Counted from the stretch's first letter, positions 19,335-29,410 are shown. The stretch: 64,000 bases of DNA from Desulfatiglandales bacterium (GCA_963662465.1 OY759599.1:7264001-7328000); one strand, 5' to 3'. Translations and numbers: made by a program. The notes: generated by a model not told the origin, from the letters alone.

Positions 19335-19445
19335 TCATATTCTTGTGATACGAAAACCCATTGCCGCTGAAGGTTTATCGCGTCGAATGTACGCCAATGC
19401 AGTCAGAAACTGTGCCCTGGCGGAAGGGGTAAAACGAACTTTCAT
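19335..19445 (-). pseudogene. Truncated ParE/RelE toxin
   Basis: MKVRFTPSARAQFLTALAYIRRDKPSAA, then a stop after 36 aa. Confidence 0.7.
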
Positions 19446-19713
19446 GATGGCTCGCCGGCTAAGAGCGAATCGGCCTCGGCAAGAACGGATTCCAAATCAT
19501 ATCCATCGCCCGTTCCTATTTCTTTTTCTCCTTTTGCCAAAAGGCTCAGGAGTTCTTTCTCATGCTCAGATCTTTCAAAGGTCTCGACCATCAATTGGAC
19601 CAGACCGTAGTTTGCAGAATCTCCTCCAACCTCTCAAAAACGTCAATGGGGATCTGGACGGCCACCCTTCTGTTCTTTTCGTCAACGATGTATTGTTTTC
19701 GAATCATTTCCAT
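19442..19713 (-). pseudogene. Frameshifted, probably chimeric antitoxin
   Basis: MEMIRKQYIVDEKNRRVAVQIPI..., frameshift near 19612, then a Phd-like tail LLAKGEKEIGTGDGYDLESVLAEAD; overlaps the ParE start (ATGA). Confidence 0.6.
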
Positions 19714-19843
19714 TTTTCCGCTCCTCGTTACTGAGCACGAATAGAAAAAACCCTTTTTTCCGTGCCATTTGTGTAAGCCATGGTTCCTGTCTTCCAGTTG
19801 ATAATCCGCCCCCCGAGAAAGGAAGATCTACATCCAACCTCCG

Positions 19844-20266
19844 CTAGACATCTAATTCTATCTCGTTTTCTTTACACCATTCACGGAGTGCCTGCTCTTC
19901 CCGGCCGTTCTCGAAGCCGTACCATTTTTCCAGCAGACCTCTCCGTTCCAGTAGCGCTTTGTAGTTGGCATACGCCCCGCTGCGACGGAACATTTTTCGG
20001 ACACGCTCATAATCGTCCGGAAGGTATTCATCGACGAACTCAAAAACCAGATTCCGCCCGAGATCCAGATCGTTTTTGTGGGGAATTTCAACGCACTGAT
20101 CCCATATAAGATCATCTTCGTCTTCTATTTCGTTGATCCCGGCCATGTCCGAACGGTACAGAATCTTCCCGGTATCTTTGCACAGTACAGCGGCATTCAT
20201 CCCATACATTGCCGAAGCGACATACATGAAAGCATCTTCTACTTCTGAAAACAAAAACTTGGCCAT
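19844..20266 (-). CDS. UPF0158-family protein
   Basis: TGKILY..., LVFEFV and F.R.GAY..YK.LL...LLEKWY.FE motifs. Confidence 0.75.
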   Translation of the reverse strand: MAKFLFSEVEDAFMYVASAMYGMNAAVLCKDTGKILYRSDMAGINEIEDEDDLIWDQCVEIPHKNDLDLGRNLVFEFVDEYLPDDYERVRKMFRRSGAYANYKALLERRGLLEKWYGFENGREEQALREWCKENEIELDV

Positions 20267-20284
20267 ATTTGTCTCCGGATAAGG

Positions 20285-20713
20285 TCAGTCCTCTATTCCC
20301 ATAAAATCCCTTCGAAAGGACTCTTTCAACTCTCCAACAATAGGCTCCAGTTCGGAAAGCGGAATGTTTTCAACGATAAGCCCTTGTTTTTTTGCCTCTT
20401 TTATGAATACCTTTTCCGCGGGGGAATCCTCTGTAACAATCAGCCTTTTGGCCCACTCCTTCTTTGCCGCCCATGCACTCTTAAAAAGGGCTTCAACATC
20501 TTCCCTTGAAGGTTTTTCATCAATGACACGGGAAACGGCATGCCCAAAAATGTACGTACTGGCAGCATCCACGAGCACGTAAAAATCATAGGGCTCATCC
20601 TTTACAAAAAGAAATTCCTCATTGGCCCTAAAAGCGATCCACGCCTCGTTCACACGAAAATCATCTGGTGAAAACATAACGTTACATTCCTCTTTTAACG
20701 AATTTTTATCCAC
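20285..20713 (-). CDS. Hypothetical protein
   Basis: 142 aa ORF co-oriented with the array. Confidence 0.6.
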   Translation of the reverse strand: MDKNSLKEECNVMFSPDDFRVNEAWIAFRANEEFLFVKDEPYDFYVLVDAASTYIFGHAVSRVIDEKPSREDVEALFKSAWAAKKEWAKRLIVTEDSPAEKVFIKEAKKQGLIVENIPLSELEPIVGELKESFRRDFMGIED

Positions 20714-20809
20714 TGGCCATCCTGAATGGCCCTGGCCAGCCTCTCCCTAAGTTTACTTAGAAATTTTGGCTCATCGTGGATTTGCGTGAGATTTGGCTTC
20801 TGAGCCGAT

Positions 20810-20869
20810 TGTAGGTGCGACTTTAGTCGCACATTAAGCCTACCCTGTGCGACTAAAGTCGCACCTACA
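20810..20869. repeat. GTAG-type REP doublet (REPIN-like)
   Basis: Perfect 24-bp inverted repeat TGTAGGTGCGACTTTAGTCGCACA at 20810-20833 / 20846-20869; each arm is itself palindromic. Confidence 0.85.
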
Positions 20870-20904
20870 GCCCGAACCGAAACAACCCAAAGCGCGATTT
20901 CACG

Positions 20905-21345
20905 TTAATCCGCAATGAACCGAAATTTTTCAATATCATCTTCGGTTTCAAGGTATTTGGCGGCAACCAATTCAGCCGGCTTTACAATACACCGGGGCTT
21001 AACAGTACCTTTCGGCTTTTCAACCGGCGGTTCCGCGGCTGTCAGTTTCTTTACAGGAGGTTTATTGACAAACGCTTCGATTTTTTCAATCGCAGCATCA
21101 AGCGCCCTCACAGCTTCCTGTTCAGACTGGTTTAAGTGGGCAATGCTTTCCTGTCTTTGAGCCTGTTCCAACAGTTGCTCCAAGGGGTTGAGGCATTGCG
21201 CCCGGAAATTACCATCCGCGGAAACCGCATCCAGTTCATTTCTGGCCTCATCGAGCAATGCCGAAATCCTGACAGTGACTTTTTCCTGGCATTTCTGAAT
21301 CAACCCCTCATTCACTTCACCTTTAAACAGATTCTTGATTTGCAT
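20905..21345 (-). pseudogene. brxC: BrxC remnant (N-terminal ~8 aa fused to the C-terminal tail)
   Basis: Located after brxB. MQIKNLFK start followed directly by the BrxC C-terminal region (ESIAH..., YLETEDDIEKF). No P-loop. Confidence 0.75.
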
Positions 21346-21356
21346 AAGTGCCTCGC

Positions 21357-21932
21357 CTATGGAATCAGTTTGAAGGCTCTGTAATAGTTGTTGCTTTTGA
21401 CTTTACCGAACAACCGAAGACTCTGACCATCGTATCGGCCCGGATAGAACATCACCAGAGGAGTCCGCCCCATGACCGTTTGAAGGTTGTTGAGGAGGTT
21501 ATGGGAACGAACCAGGGGCCAGACATTTCCAACCCCGGAAACCAATACCAAATCCTGTTCTTCCGGCTGTGCGACTTCCCCAAATATTTGTACCAGCTTT
21601 TCGGTTTTGAGAACTCCGGCAAGTGCTTTTTGAAGAGCGGTGTCCCCTTTAGTTTTTTGCATTTGAATGGACTTTTCCAAGAGATCGCGATTTTCCAGAT
21701 GGTCCAATACCAGATCGAAAAGGTTGATGTGCTTTACCTTCAATCCGAGCCGCCTTTTTGGAATATGGGCCATGAGAAATTGAATGTGGTCGCGGATGCG
21801 GATTTCCGCTTCGGGCGGGTAGTCAAAAATGTAAAATGCGATTTCATTCCCGAGGCCTTTTCCACCTAAGAATTCGGTAGAGGTGACTTTCGGGAGAATT
21901 TCATTTAAGCGTTGTGTCAATGAGTCGGTCAT
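21357..21932 (-). CDS. brxB: BREX protein BrxB (DUF1788)
   Basis: GLGNEIAFYIFDYPP, GVGNVWPLVRSHNLLNNL, VMFYPG.YDGQSL and NYYRAF motifs. Confidence 0.92.
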   Translation of the reverse strand: MTDSLTQRLNEILPKVTSTEFLGGKGLGNEIAFYIFDYPPEAEIRIRDHIQFLMAHIPKRRLGLKVKHINLFDLVLDHLENRDLLEKSIQMQKTKGDTALQKALAGVLKTEKLVQIFGEVAQPEEQDLVLVSGVGNVWPLVRSHNLLNNLQTVMGRTPLVMFYPGRYDGQSLRLFGKVKSNNYYRAFKLIP

Positions 21933-22531
21933 GGTGAAACCTGAATGCAACGGAGAGCATAATGCTCTTTGTGCGTCTCCAGATATTGAAGCACTTGGGT
22001 AGCGATCCGGACTGTCTGCAATTTCCTGTTACGAGTGTTTTCCAAAAAGCCCGCTTGGGCCAGGATCTGGAAGACGGATGATCGGAGGCGTTTTCTGGTG
22101 GATTCATTCCAGATGGGCATATGGGGATCACTTCCCCGGCAATCATCCAGGTATTCATTCCAAAGCCTGATGGCCAAAGTCGTTTTAAAAATGCGGTACT
22201 GCTCCCTGACCACTAAATCGAGAAAGTCCCCCAAAAGTGGGCTGTGCTTAGCGGCGGCAGCCAGTATGGCATGGGTAGCCACTTCTCCGGTTCCATCTCG
22301 GACCAGTTTCCAGAGATCGGTTTCCATGGTTTGAAGGCGTTTACGGATAAGCCGGGCAAGACGTCTTGCGGTTTCGGGACCCCGGGCCTGAAGTACATTT
22401 TGATCAAGGATCGCATTATTCCAAGCCTCTTTGTCAACATCTTGAAGAAGCAGATCAGCGATTAAACGACTCTCCGCCACTTTTAATGATCCTGCGGTGA
22501 TATCTGCCTTGTATTTCATCCCCATGGTCAT
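21929..22531 (-). CDS. brxA: BREX protein BrxA (DUF1819)
   Basis: AGSLKVAESR.IA.LL, NVLQ, LL.DF and WNEST.KRL..V..ILAQAG motifs; upstream of brxB. Confidence 0.9.
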   Translation of the reverse strand: MTMGMKYKADITAGSLKVAESRLIADLLLQDVDKEAWNNAILDQNVLQARGPETARRLARLIRKRLQTMETDLWKLVRDGTGEVATHAILAAAAKHSPLLGDFLDLVVREQYRIFKTTLAIRLWNEYLDDCRGSDPHMPIWNESTRKRLRSSVFQILAQAGFLENTRNRKLQTVRIATQVLQYLETHKEHYALRCIQVSP

Positions 22532-22644
22532 CTGCTTGGTTTCGTCTCTACTGAAGCCATTTATCGGACAAAAACGCCTGATGTGGTATCACGAACGAGG
22601 GGTTTGCGCTGTGCTTAAGTCTCTGGTATCCTGGAGGGATTTGG

Positions 22645-24436
22645 CAGTGTCAAAAAAACATTACCCCAAAAAAAAGATGGGTGGGCATCCTGAAATCAAG
22701 CACTTAGCTAGATCGAGTCGGAATTTTCCATTTTTTCACCCCAAGCGAAAGAACTTGTCGGAATACCTTGATTTTAATACAAAATATTGTACAATGCCTT
22801 CATCAGATAACAGGATAGAGTGTTTCTTTAAATATTTGATGGAGGCCGAAACTTGGCAGCAGTGAGTCCGTTTCTTTTTTCGTGGAATGATGTCGAAGCA
22901 CGCTCGGATTTGGACCGTTTCTATCTGGTGCGCGATAATCTGCCTGATGAGAATATTGTAGCGGCACTTGAAAAGCGTCGCGGCAATGGGAGAGATGATT
23001 TTCCGATACGCGCAATGTGGAACGCGCTTATTGCGGGAGTCGTGTTCCAGCATGCATCCATTGAATCTTTGATTCGCGAATTGTCCAGGAATCCGGCGTT
23101 ATTAGAGGCATGCGGATTTGATATTCTGCCGAGGCAAAAAAAACCGGTAGCTGAACTGAGACGCAATGAGGAAACGGGCCGAATGGAAATCATACGGTCT
23201 GAGAGCGGAAATGCATATTTTTTGGTTCCAGGTAGTTGGAATTTCTCAAGATTTTTAAGGAGCGTCATAGAACTGGAAGAATATGGTAATATGGTCAGCG
23301 GCATGGTGCGTGGGCTTCGAGAATCCTTAATGACAGAACTCCCTGATTTTGGTTGTCATTTAGGGTATGACGGCAAGGCTATCAACAGTTATAGTACGGG
23401 ACAAGAAAGCCGGAAAACCGGTGAAACCTCCGATACGGATGCAGATTGGGGCAAGCATGAAACGAAAGGGACAGACAGTAAAACCGGAAAGCAGTGGACA
23501 AAAGTAAAAAGCTGGTTTGGATATGGCCTTCATTTGATCGCTGATACCCTATATGAAATTCCGGTGGCAGTTCATGTAACACCTGCCTCGCATTCGGAAC
23601 ACAAGGAACTGCGAAGCATGATCAAAGAAATTTTTGAGGAAACACCGCAGCTTGGCGAGCGCTGTGATGATTTTGTGGCGGACCGTGGTTTGGATTCCGG
23701 CAAAACTAAGGCTCAGCTGTTGGATGAATATGGGATTCGGCCCGGCATTGATACCCGTGAACTGTGGAGAGATGAAAAGAATGAGCCGGGATACGATCCT
23801 GCAAAACCGATCACACGACCTCTTTATCCTGACCGGGCAGATACCATTGTGTATACTGAGAAAGGGACAGTCCATTGTATTTGTCCGGCTACTGGAGAAC
23901 AGCGGGACATGGCTTTTTGTGGCTTTGAAAAAAATCGCAATACCCTGAAATATCGTTGTCCCGCAGCTGCAAACGGCTTTTCCTGTGAAGGATGTGGAGA
24001 GTGTTCATCTGCGGGGCAAGTTAATCCCGGAGATTATGGGCGAATTGTCAGAATAAATATCACTGAGGAAGATCGGCGAATCTTCACACCCATTCCCTAT
24101 GGTACGCAGGGTTGGGACCGAGCGTATAATCGGCGTTCTTCTTTGGAGAGAATCAACAGTCGGATCGATAATGATTTTGGTTTTGAGAAACATTACATAC
24201 GCGGCCAAGCCAAAATGCAAACAAGAGTTTGCTTGGCCACCGCCGTAATGATGGCAATGGCCCTTGGTCATGTAAGGGCTGGCCGTATTGAGCAAATGCG
24301 CTCCCTTGTACGGCCAATAGCCAGAGCCGCCTAATCCAATTTATTTAAAATAGTTATAAATAAATGATTTAATTTAAATTTAAAGGGATTAGCATGTCCA
24401 ATTATCGGGTTTTTGGGGTATGTCTTTGGAAACCAT
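22645..24436 (+). mobile_element. Insertion sequence (IS5/IS1182-like), ends approximate
   Basis: Imperfect terminal inverted repeats (..ACATTACCCCAAAAA.. / ..TTTTTGGGGTATGT..) around a single transposase. Confidence 0.65.
22853..24334 (+). CDS. DDE transposase
   Basis: YDGKA, DADWG, WFGYGLHL, ADRGLD and RSSLERINS motifs. Confidence 0.9.
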   Translation: MAAVSPFLFSWNDVEARSDLDRFYLVRDNLPDENIVAALEKRRGNGRDDFPIRAMWNALIAGVVFQHASIESLIRELSRNPALLEACGFDILPRQKKPVAELRRNEETGRMEIIRSESGNAYFLVPGSWNFSRFLRSVIELEEYGNMVSGMVRGLRESLMTELPDFGCHLGYDGKAINSYSTGQESRKTGETSDTDADWGKHETKGTDSKTGKQWTKVKSWFGYGLHLIADTLYEIPVAVHVTPASHSEHKELRSMIKEIFEETPQLGERCDDFVADRGLDSGKTKAQLLDEYGIRPGIDTRELWRDEKNEPGYDPAKPITRPLYPDRADTIVYTEKGTVHCICPATGEQRDMAFCGFEKNRNTLKYRCPAAANGFSCEGCGECSSAGQVNPGDYGRIVRINITEEDRRIFTPIPYGTQGWDRAYNRRSSLERINSRIDNDFGFEKHYIRGQAKMQTRVCLATAVMMAMALGHVRAGRIEQMRSLVRPIARAA

Positions 24437-24461
24437 AATATTCTGCTGCCATGTCGCCCTC

Positions 24462-25406
24462 TCAGACCTCGCGCCCGCGTTTTTTTGGGGCCCAGAACAC
24501 CCCCGGTACGGCACAAAAACGGTACAGCGCAAACCTCTCACGAACCCTATGCTTGATGATATAGGTAATGCTTTTGGTATCGGTCGAAGTTCCGGTGGAC
24601 GACTCGGACAAGGTCAATGATTCATAGCCTGCTTCCGCCAGAAAGGCGGGTCGTCTTGGTCTGTTTTGCGCATGGGTCCACCTCACCTGTTGGGTTCCGG
24701 TTTGATCCGTATCCTCATTCAATGAAAGGAGGGCCGTGGGGTTGGGTAAATCCGTGAAATACCACCCGGCTTCCGCCAGGTCGGTCACCAGGTTATCAAA
24801 ATCCAAATCGATTTCCCCCAGAATTTCTAGAAAGTCACACAATGTCATGCCGTATTTGGACAGATAAACGTAGAGATTCTGAACGTCGTCCCCCTCTTCA
24901 GAATTCTCGATTAATGCATCCGCCTTTTCCAGGGTATCCAGGAAAGCCGTCAAATCGCCACATGCGGCATATCCTTCAAAGAATGCGATCAGGTTCTGCA
25001 ACGGAAGCTCGATGTGGTGAAGATACTGAACCAGTTCATAGGCATTCCTGGAGGGGTCATCGCTTTCTCCAACCGCCTCATCCCACGCCCACAAAAACCG
25101 ATCAATCGCTTCTTCTTCCAAAATGTCAAACTCCGGATCAGGAATGCCCGTTTCCTGACCCGGAGAAAACACAAGTCTTTCTTTGGGCAGAAGCAGCACG
25201 GCGACCGGTTTTCCATCAACCGCATCTTCCAATGTTTTCGATTCGAAAATGATCCGGGATGTCACCATGCCCATGGTTTCCATTGAAAGCACGTAGGTTT
25301 CTACGCTATCGTCCGTGGTGGGGCTGTCGGAGCAACCGGCCAATATGCCGGCAAAAAGGACAGCCCCCATCACAAAACGTTTGTCCGGCACGGCAAGGAT
25401 CGCCAT
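24462..25406 (-). CDS. Acidic lipoprotein of unknown family (paralog B; 3' end possibly truncated)
   Basis: Lipobox LAGC; similar to the adjacent upstream gene. Confidence 0.7.
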   Translation of the reverse strand: MAILAVPDKRFVMGAVLFAGILAGCSDSPTTDDSVETYVLSMETMGMVTSRIIFESKTLEDAVDGKPVAVLLLPKERLVFSPGQETGIPDPEFDILEEEAIDRFLWAWDEAVGESDDPSRNAYELVQYLHHIELPLQNLIAFFEGYAACGDLTAFLDTLEKADALIENSEEGDDVQNLYVYLSKYGMTLCDFLEILGEIDLDFDNLVTDLAEAGWYFTDLPNPTALLSLNEDTDQTGTQQVRWTHAQNRPRRPAFLAEAGYESLTLSESSTGTSTDTKSITYIIKHRVRERFALYRFCAVPGVFWAPKKRGREV

Positions 25407-25428
25407 ATGCGCTTCAAAACCCCGTTAA

Positions 25429-26957
25429 TCACTTACAGTGGGTTTCGCCGTATAGGTGATGCCGGTATCGCTTCGTGCCAGCCAGCCCGACGAGACCACG
25501 TGGGAACTCCCCCCCATTTGCGGACACGACACTGGCCTGAATGGTCACCTCCACTTTACCCACAGAGGCATCCTTTTCCGAAAGGCCGCTTCCTTCAGGT
25601 TCGATTTGGGTCATGGCGATACTGATGTCCAGGGTCTGCTTGAGGGTCGCCCAGGCATCATCGTTCATGACGTTCAGAGCCGGCATGGTCCGCCCATACC
25701 ATTTGGTACCTTTGTAGGTGGTAGAGGCCTGCCCGCCGTATTCACCGTACAGATGCCCGGTATAGTAGGCATACTTTCCCGTATACCAATGGTGGAAGGA
25801 AAGGGTGATGGGCAGCGGTTTGACCGTACAATCGGTGGGATAGTCCTTTGAGTCGGATTCATAGGAGCAATCCGGAAAATCGATGGGATTTTCGATGCAG
25901 GCGCCCGTACCCTCCCAGGGGAAGGGGGAATCGCAGGGAAACTTCATGTTGATGGCCGAAAAATCCCAATCCGATGATATGTTCACAGATCCATCCCAAT
26001 CCTTGACCAGGTCTTCCGCCAGTGTGGGCAACTCCAGCCCGACCACGCCCAGACTCTTGACGGCGTCACTGATCAATTGATCGCTGCTGTTGACAACCTT
26101 GCCGCCGGCCTTGATAACCTTGTTCACGTAAGTGAGCGCTTCGTCAACGGTCCACGCCGCCACAGTGGTGCCGGTACTTGCGGTTTCTACGCTGGAAAGG
26201 CCGAGCTTCCCTGAAAGGGCGGTCGCGGACAAGTCGTTTGTTGAATATGCCAATCCCAGGGTCAAATTGGTCATGTCCGTAAAATCGAGGTCATAATTCT
26301 CCATGAATTGGAGAAGACCTTCCATGCCTCCCTGTTCCTCGACCGCTTCCACAAAATCGCACATGCCGGCGCCGAAGAAGTTAAGATGCCGGAAAAACCT
26401 TAAAATTTCATGGCCCGATGCGCTATCCAGCGTGTCAATCCGCGCGAGAACTTCCATCATTTCAGTTAACGACATATGGCATTGCGCGTTCTTTTCGTGC
26501 ATGACGACCAGGTCCCCCAGCCCCAGTCCCGTGGAAAGGATATATTCTTTCAGCTCCTTTCCGTTTTGACCTTCGTCATCGGGACCGTCAATGGCGACAT
26601 CCCAATCCGATAGAAACGCCGAGATGTCCGTGTCCGTGACCGGCCTGAATTTTTTTTCATCAACGGGTGTCTGGGTTCCCTCGCTGTCTTCGTAATACGA
26701 ATTTCTGGGAACCAACACAACGTGGCCGTTTTCCAGATCCACGGCTTCAAAAACGCCCACCTAGCGAAAAGTCCCGTTATCCGCTTCCATGTTGTATATT
26801 GTTCACCGGCTTGAAGGTTGTTCAGATCCAGTGTCCCCGATGTGCTGCTGCTCGATGTACCGTCGCTACTGCTTGAACAGCCCAGGCACCCCAATGTTAA
26901 GAAAAACAGTCCGGTTAAAATCATTTTTCCCTTCATCTCTCTCCTTTTTTTCGTCAA
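25429..26957 (-). pseudogene. Acidic lipoprotein of unknown family (paralog A) with a frameshift near 26795 and an in-frame TAG at 26761-26763
   Basis: Lipobox LGCLGC and a Ser-rich linker in one frame; MEADNGTFR*VGVFE... plus 443 aa in another frame. Confidence 0.65.
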
Positions 26958-27085
26958 GTCATATGGCGTTGAGTTTCCTGAGAGTATAGCATTTTTATTT
27001 GTAATTTCAAGTATTAATGTGGATTATCCTTGATTGTTATGAATCAACGAAATGATGTGACCAATCGACAAAAACAGGTGGCGAA

Positions 27086-27631
27086 TCAACAAAAACCGGT
27101 GATGAAATATGCACGAAAAGGAAGGTAGGAAGAGATTTTGAGGTAGCAGAGATCACCGAGAAGGGCATCGTGCAAGTAGATGTAATACTGCTTCACCGGC
27201 TTTCTGCAGTCATAGATTCGTTCATAGGGCTTTCCGGCTTTTGAAGTGAGTTGCCTGCAGGCAAATGTTCTAACTGGTTCTTTGTCCGTAAGGATGCAAA
27301 ACACATGGTTCCCTTTTCCTGTAAAGGCCTTGGCGTATTTTTGTTCCACGAATTTTGACTTTGCGCCGTCAGTGCCACCCCCTTCAGAGGGCCACCAGTG
27401 AATGGGGATATTGTTGTTCCGGGCTACCTTTTGAATATGACCATTGAGTTGGTCGGTTAGAATCCTCATTACACCGTTTGACAACCCTTTGAATCCGAGA
27501 GCCCTGAGGAGCCTGACAATGCCTGCTGGAGAAAAGAGGGAGAGAATGTAGCCTCGAATAATAACCCGATCGAAGCAGAAATATTTGAACTTGATATTTT
27601 CTGAGAATTGATTCAAAAATGAATTCTTCAT
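27086..27631 (-). pseudogene. N-terminal fragment of an uncharacterised transposase-like protein
   Basis: CFDRVIIRGY and QYYIYLHD..LG.LCYLKISSYLPF motifs that I associate with a mobile family; ends abruptly. Confidence 0.5.
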
Positions 27632-27951
27632 GGGTGTATCCTCCGGTGAGGGAATGTTAGCTAAACAATCCATACCGGATCACCCATGAAATTTCAAATC
27701 AAAGAATGGGATTTTAGGCAGGGGGTTAAGAGACTTCAGGATGGTCAGATGACGCCAAAAGCTTCATCAACTTTAATATCCGGGATTTGCCCCGGCCAAA
27801 AATATAACCATCATGTCATTAGCCCCCTGCCTACAGCCCTTTTCGGAACTTTAGTTTGGTAACCATTAGGGCCTGATAGCATGAAAATGAAATGCGATTC
27901 AAAACCTCAGAAAAATACTCTGAAGCAAAAGGGAGGATGAAAAATAGCAGT

Positions 27952-28791
27952 ATGGAAATCAATATCACTATTCTTTGTGACAACAATATCAGTAAATCAG
28001 GATTTGTGGGCGAACACGGCTTCGCATGCCTTGTTGAAAGAGGAGAAGAAAAATACCTCTTTGATACAGGCCCAGGAATGTCCCTGCCCATAAATCTTAA
28101 AAAGCTGAACAAGGATTTGAAAGGTTTGAACAGGGTATTTCTTAGTCACGGTCACTATGATCATACGGGTGGGCTTCTGTGGGTAACAGAGCAGCTCACC
28201 CAAACGGAAGTTGTCGCGCATCCTGAGGTGTTTTCCAGACATATGGTTATGGATTCATCGGCACCGGAGCATCCGCCGCGTTACATCGGGTGCCCGGTTT
28301 CGCAGGAAGAATTGGAGCGCCATGGTGCAGTCTTTAAGTTTGTTGACCAAACACGGGAGGTGGCCCCCGGCATTTGGTTCGTGACCAGTATTGACCGAAA
28401 CCCGGAAAAAACTCCCAAGGATAAGCGGTTGGTAGTACCCGAGGGAGAAGGCTTCGTGATGGACCCCATTAATGACGATGTATCGCTTCTCATAGAGACT
28501 GACGGGTCCCCGATCCTACTTTTGGGATGTGCCCATTCAGGGGTCCTGAATATCCTGGATTATGTCAGAAAAGAAATGGAAATCAAAAAGTTTCGTGCCA
28601 TTTTGGGAGGGACTCACCTGATGTTTTATGGCCCTGACGATCTCTCCCGTGCGATGGATGAGTTCGAGCGCTTTTCCGTCGAACTGGTTGGGGTATCCCA
28701 CTGCACGGGATTCGAAGCGGCCGTGGAACTCTCGAAGCGTTTTGAAAACCGTTTTGCAGCTGCGTCGGCAGGAAAGGTTTTTAACTTTTAG
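27952..28791 (+). CDS. MBL-fold metallo-hydrolase
   Basis: GEHGF, LFDTG, SHGHYDHTGG, GCAHSG, GGTHL and HCTG motifs. Confidence 0.9.
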   Translation: MEINITILCDNNISKSGFVGEHGFACLVERGEEKYLFDTGPGMSLPINLKKLNKDLKGLNRVFLSHGHYDHTGGLLWVTEQLTQTEVVAHPEVFSRHMVMDSSAPEHPPRYIGCPVSQEELERHGAVFKFVDQTREVAPGIWFVTSIDRNPEKTPKDKRLVVPEGEGFVMDPINDDVSLLIETDGSPILLLGCAHSGVLNILDYVRKEMEIKKFRAILGGTHLMFYGPDDLSRAMDEFERFSVELVGVSHCTGFEAAVELSKRFENRFAAASAGKVFNF

Positions 28792-28826
28792 TAAGCCAGG
28801 TTTGGAGGATTAGACGCAGAAAAAAA

Positions 28827-28860
28827 GCCTCCCCATCACCAGTAAAGTGATAGGGAGGCA
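28827..28860. terminator. Probable terminator between convergent genes
   Basis: GCCTCCC.ATCAC...GTGAT.GGGAGGC hairpin with a flanking A-tract. Confidence 0.6.
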
Positions 28861-28930
28861 TTACATTTTTTAAAATGGGATTTTTTTTGATTACGAGAAA
28901 GGAAGTGTGAAGGGATTTCTGTGGTGGGAG

Positions 28931-29410
28931 TTAGTTTTTATGTTCAATCTCAATTTTTCTGGTAAAACGAAGCCCATAATCATATGGACAACCGTCAAGT
29001 CTGACGTCCGAAATTTCTTCTCCAATATCGATCAATCCATAATCTTCATCTGGAAGTTCTTCCAAGAATTCTTCCAATTCCCTGATTTGATCATCGCTGG
29101 AGCCATACCATTTGATCGACTCGAAATAGATTCCCTTAAGGGTTGGATATGTAATCGGGTCTACCTTCGCGGCTATTCCCATGTAGTTTTGAATCGTCCG
29201 GAGAGTTATGTAGGGGACTTCGCGTTCGACATAATCTTCAAAATTTTCCCCTCTCATTTTGACAATGGGTTTCAGGACCGAAAACAGCCCGCCCAATTCA
29301 AGCGAAATTTCCAACGCAGTTGCCCTACCTTTCAGCAGGGTTTGATGAGCAATCTCGATTTTCTCAAGGATTGCTTGTGCTGTTTCTTCTTGTAATTTCT
29401 CAATGGTCAT
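28931..29410 (-). CDS. Hypothetical protein, DUF3102-like (mobile-element associated)
   Basis: ELG..F..LK......ENFEDYVE...ITLRTIQNYM.IA resembles the DUF3102 pattern. Confidence 0.5.
   Translation of the reverse strand: MTIEKLQEETAQAILEKIEIAHQTLLKGRATALEISLELGGLFSVLKPIVKMRGENFEDYVEREVPYITLRTIQNYMGIAAKVDPITYPTLKGIYFESIKWYGSSDDQIRELEEFLEELPDEDYGLIDIGEEISDVRLDGCPYDYGLRFTRKIEIEHKN

Noticed and set aside
26761..26763. Pyrrolysine read-through of the TAG in lipoprotein A
   Set aside because: A frameshift ~30 nt upstream also breaks the gene, and there are no pyl genes in the window. Decay or sequencing error is simpler.
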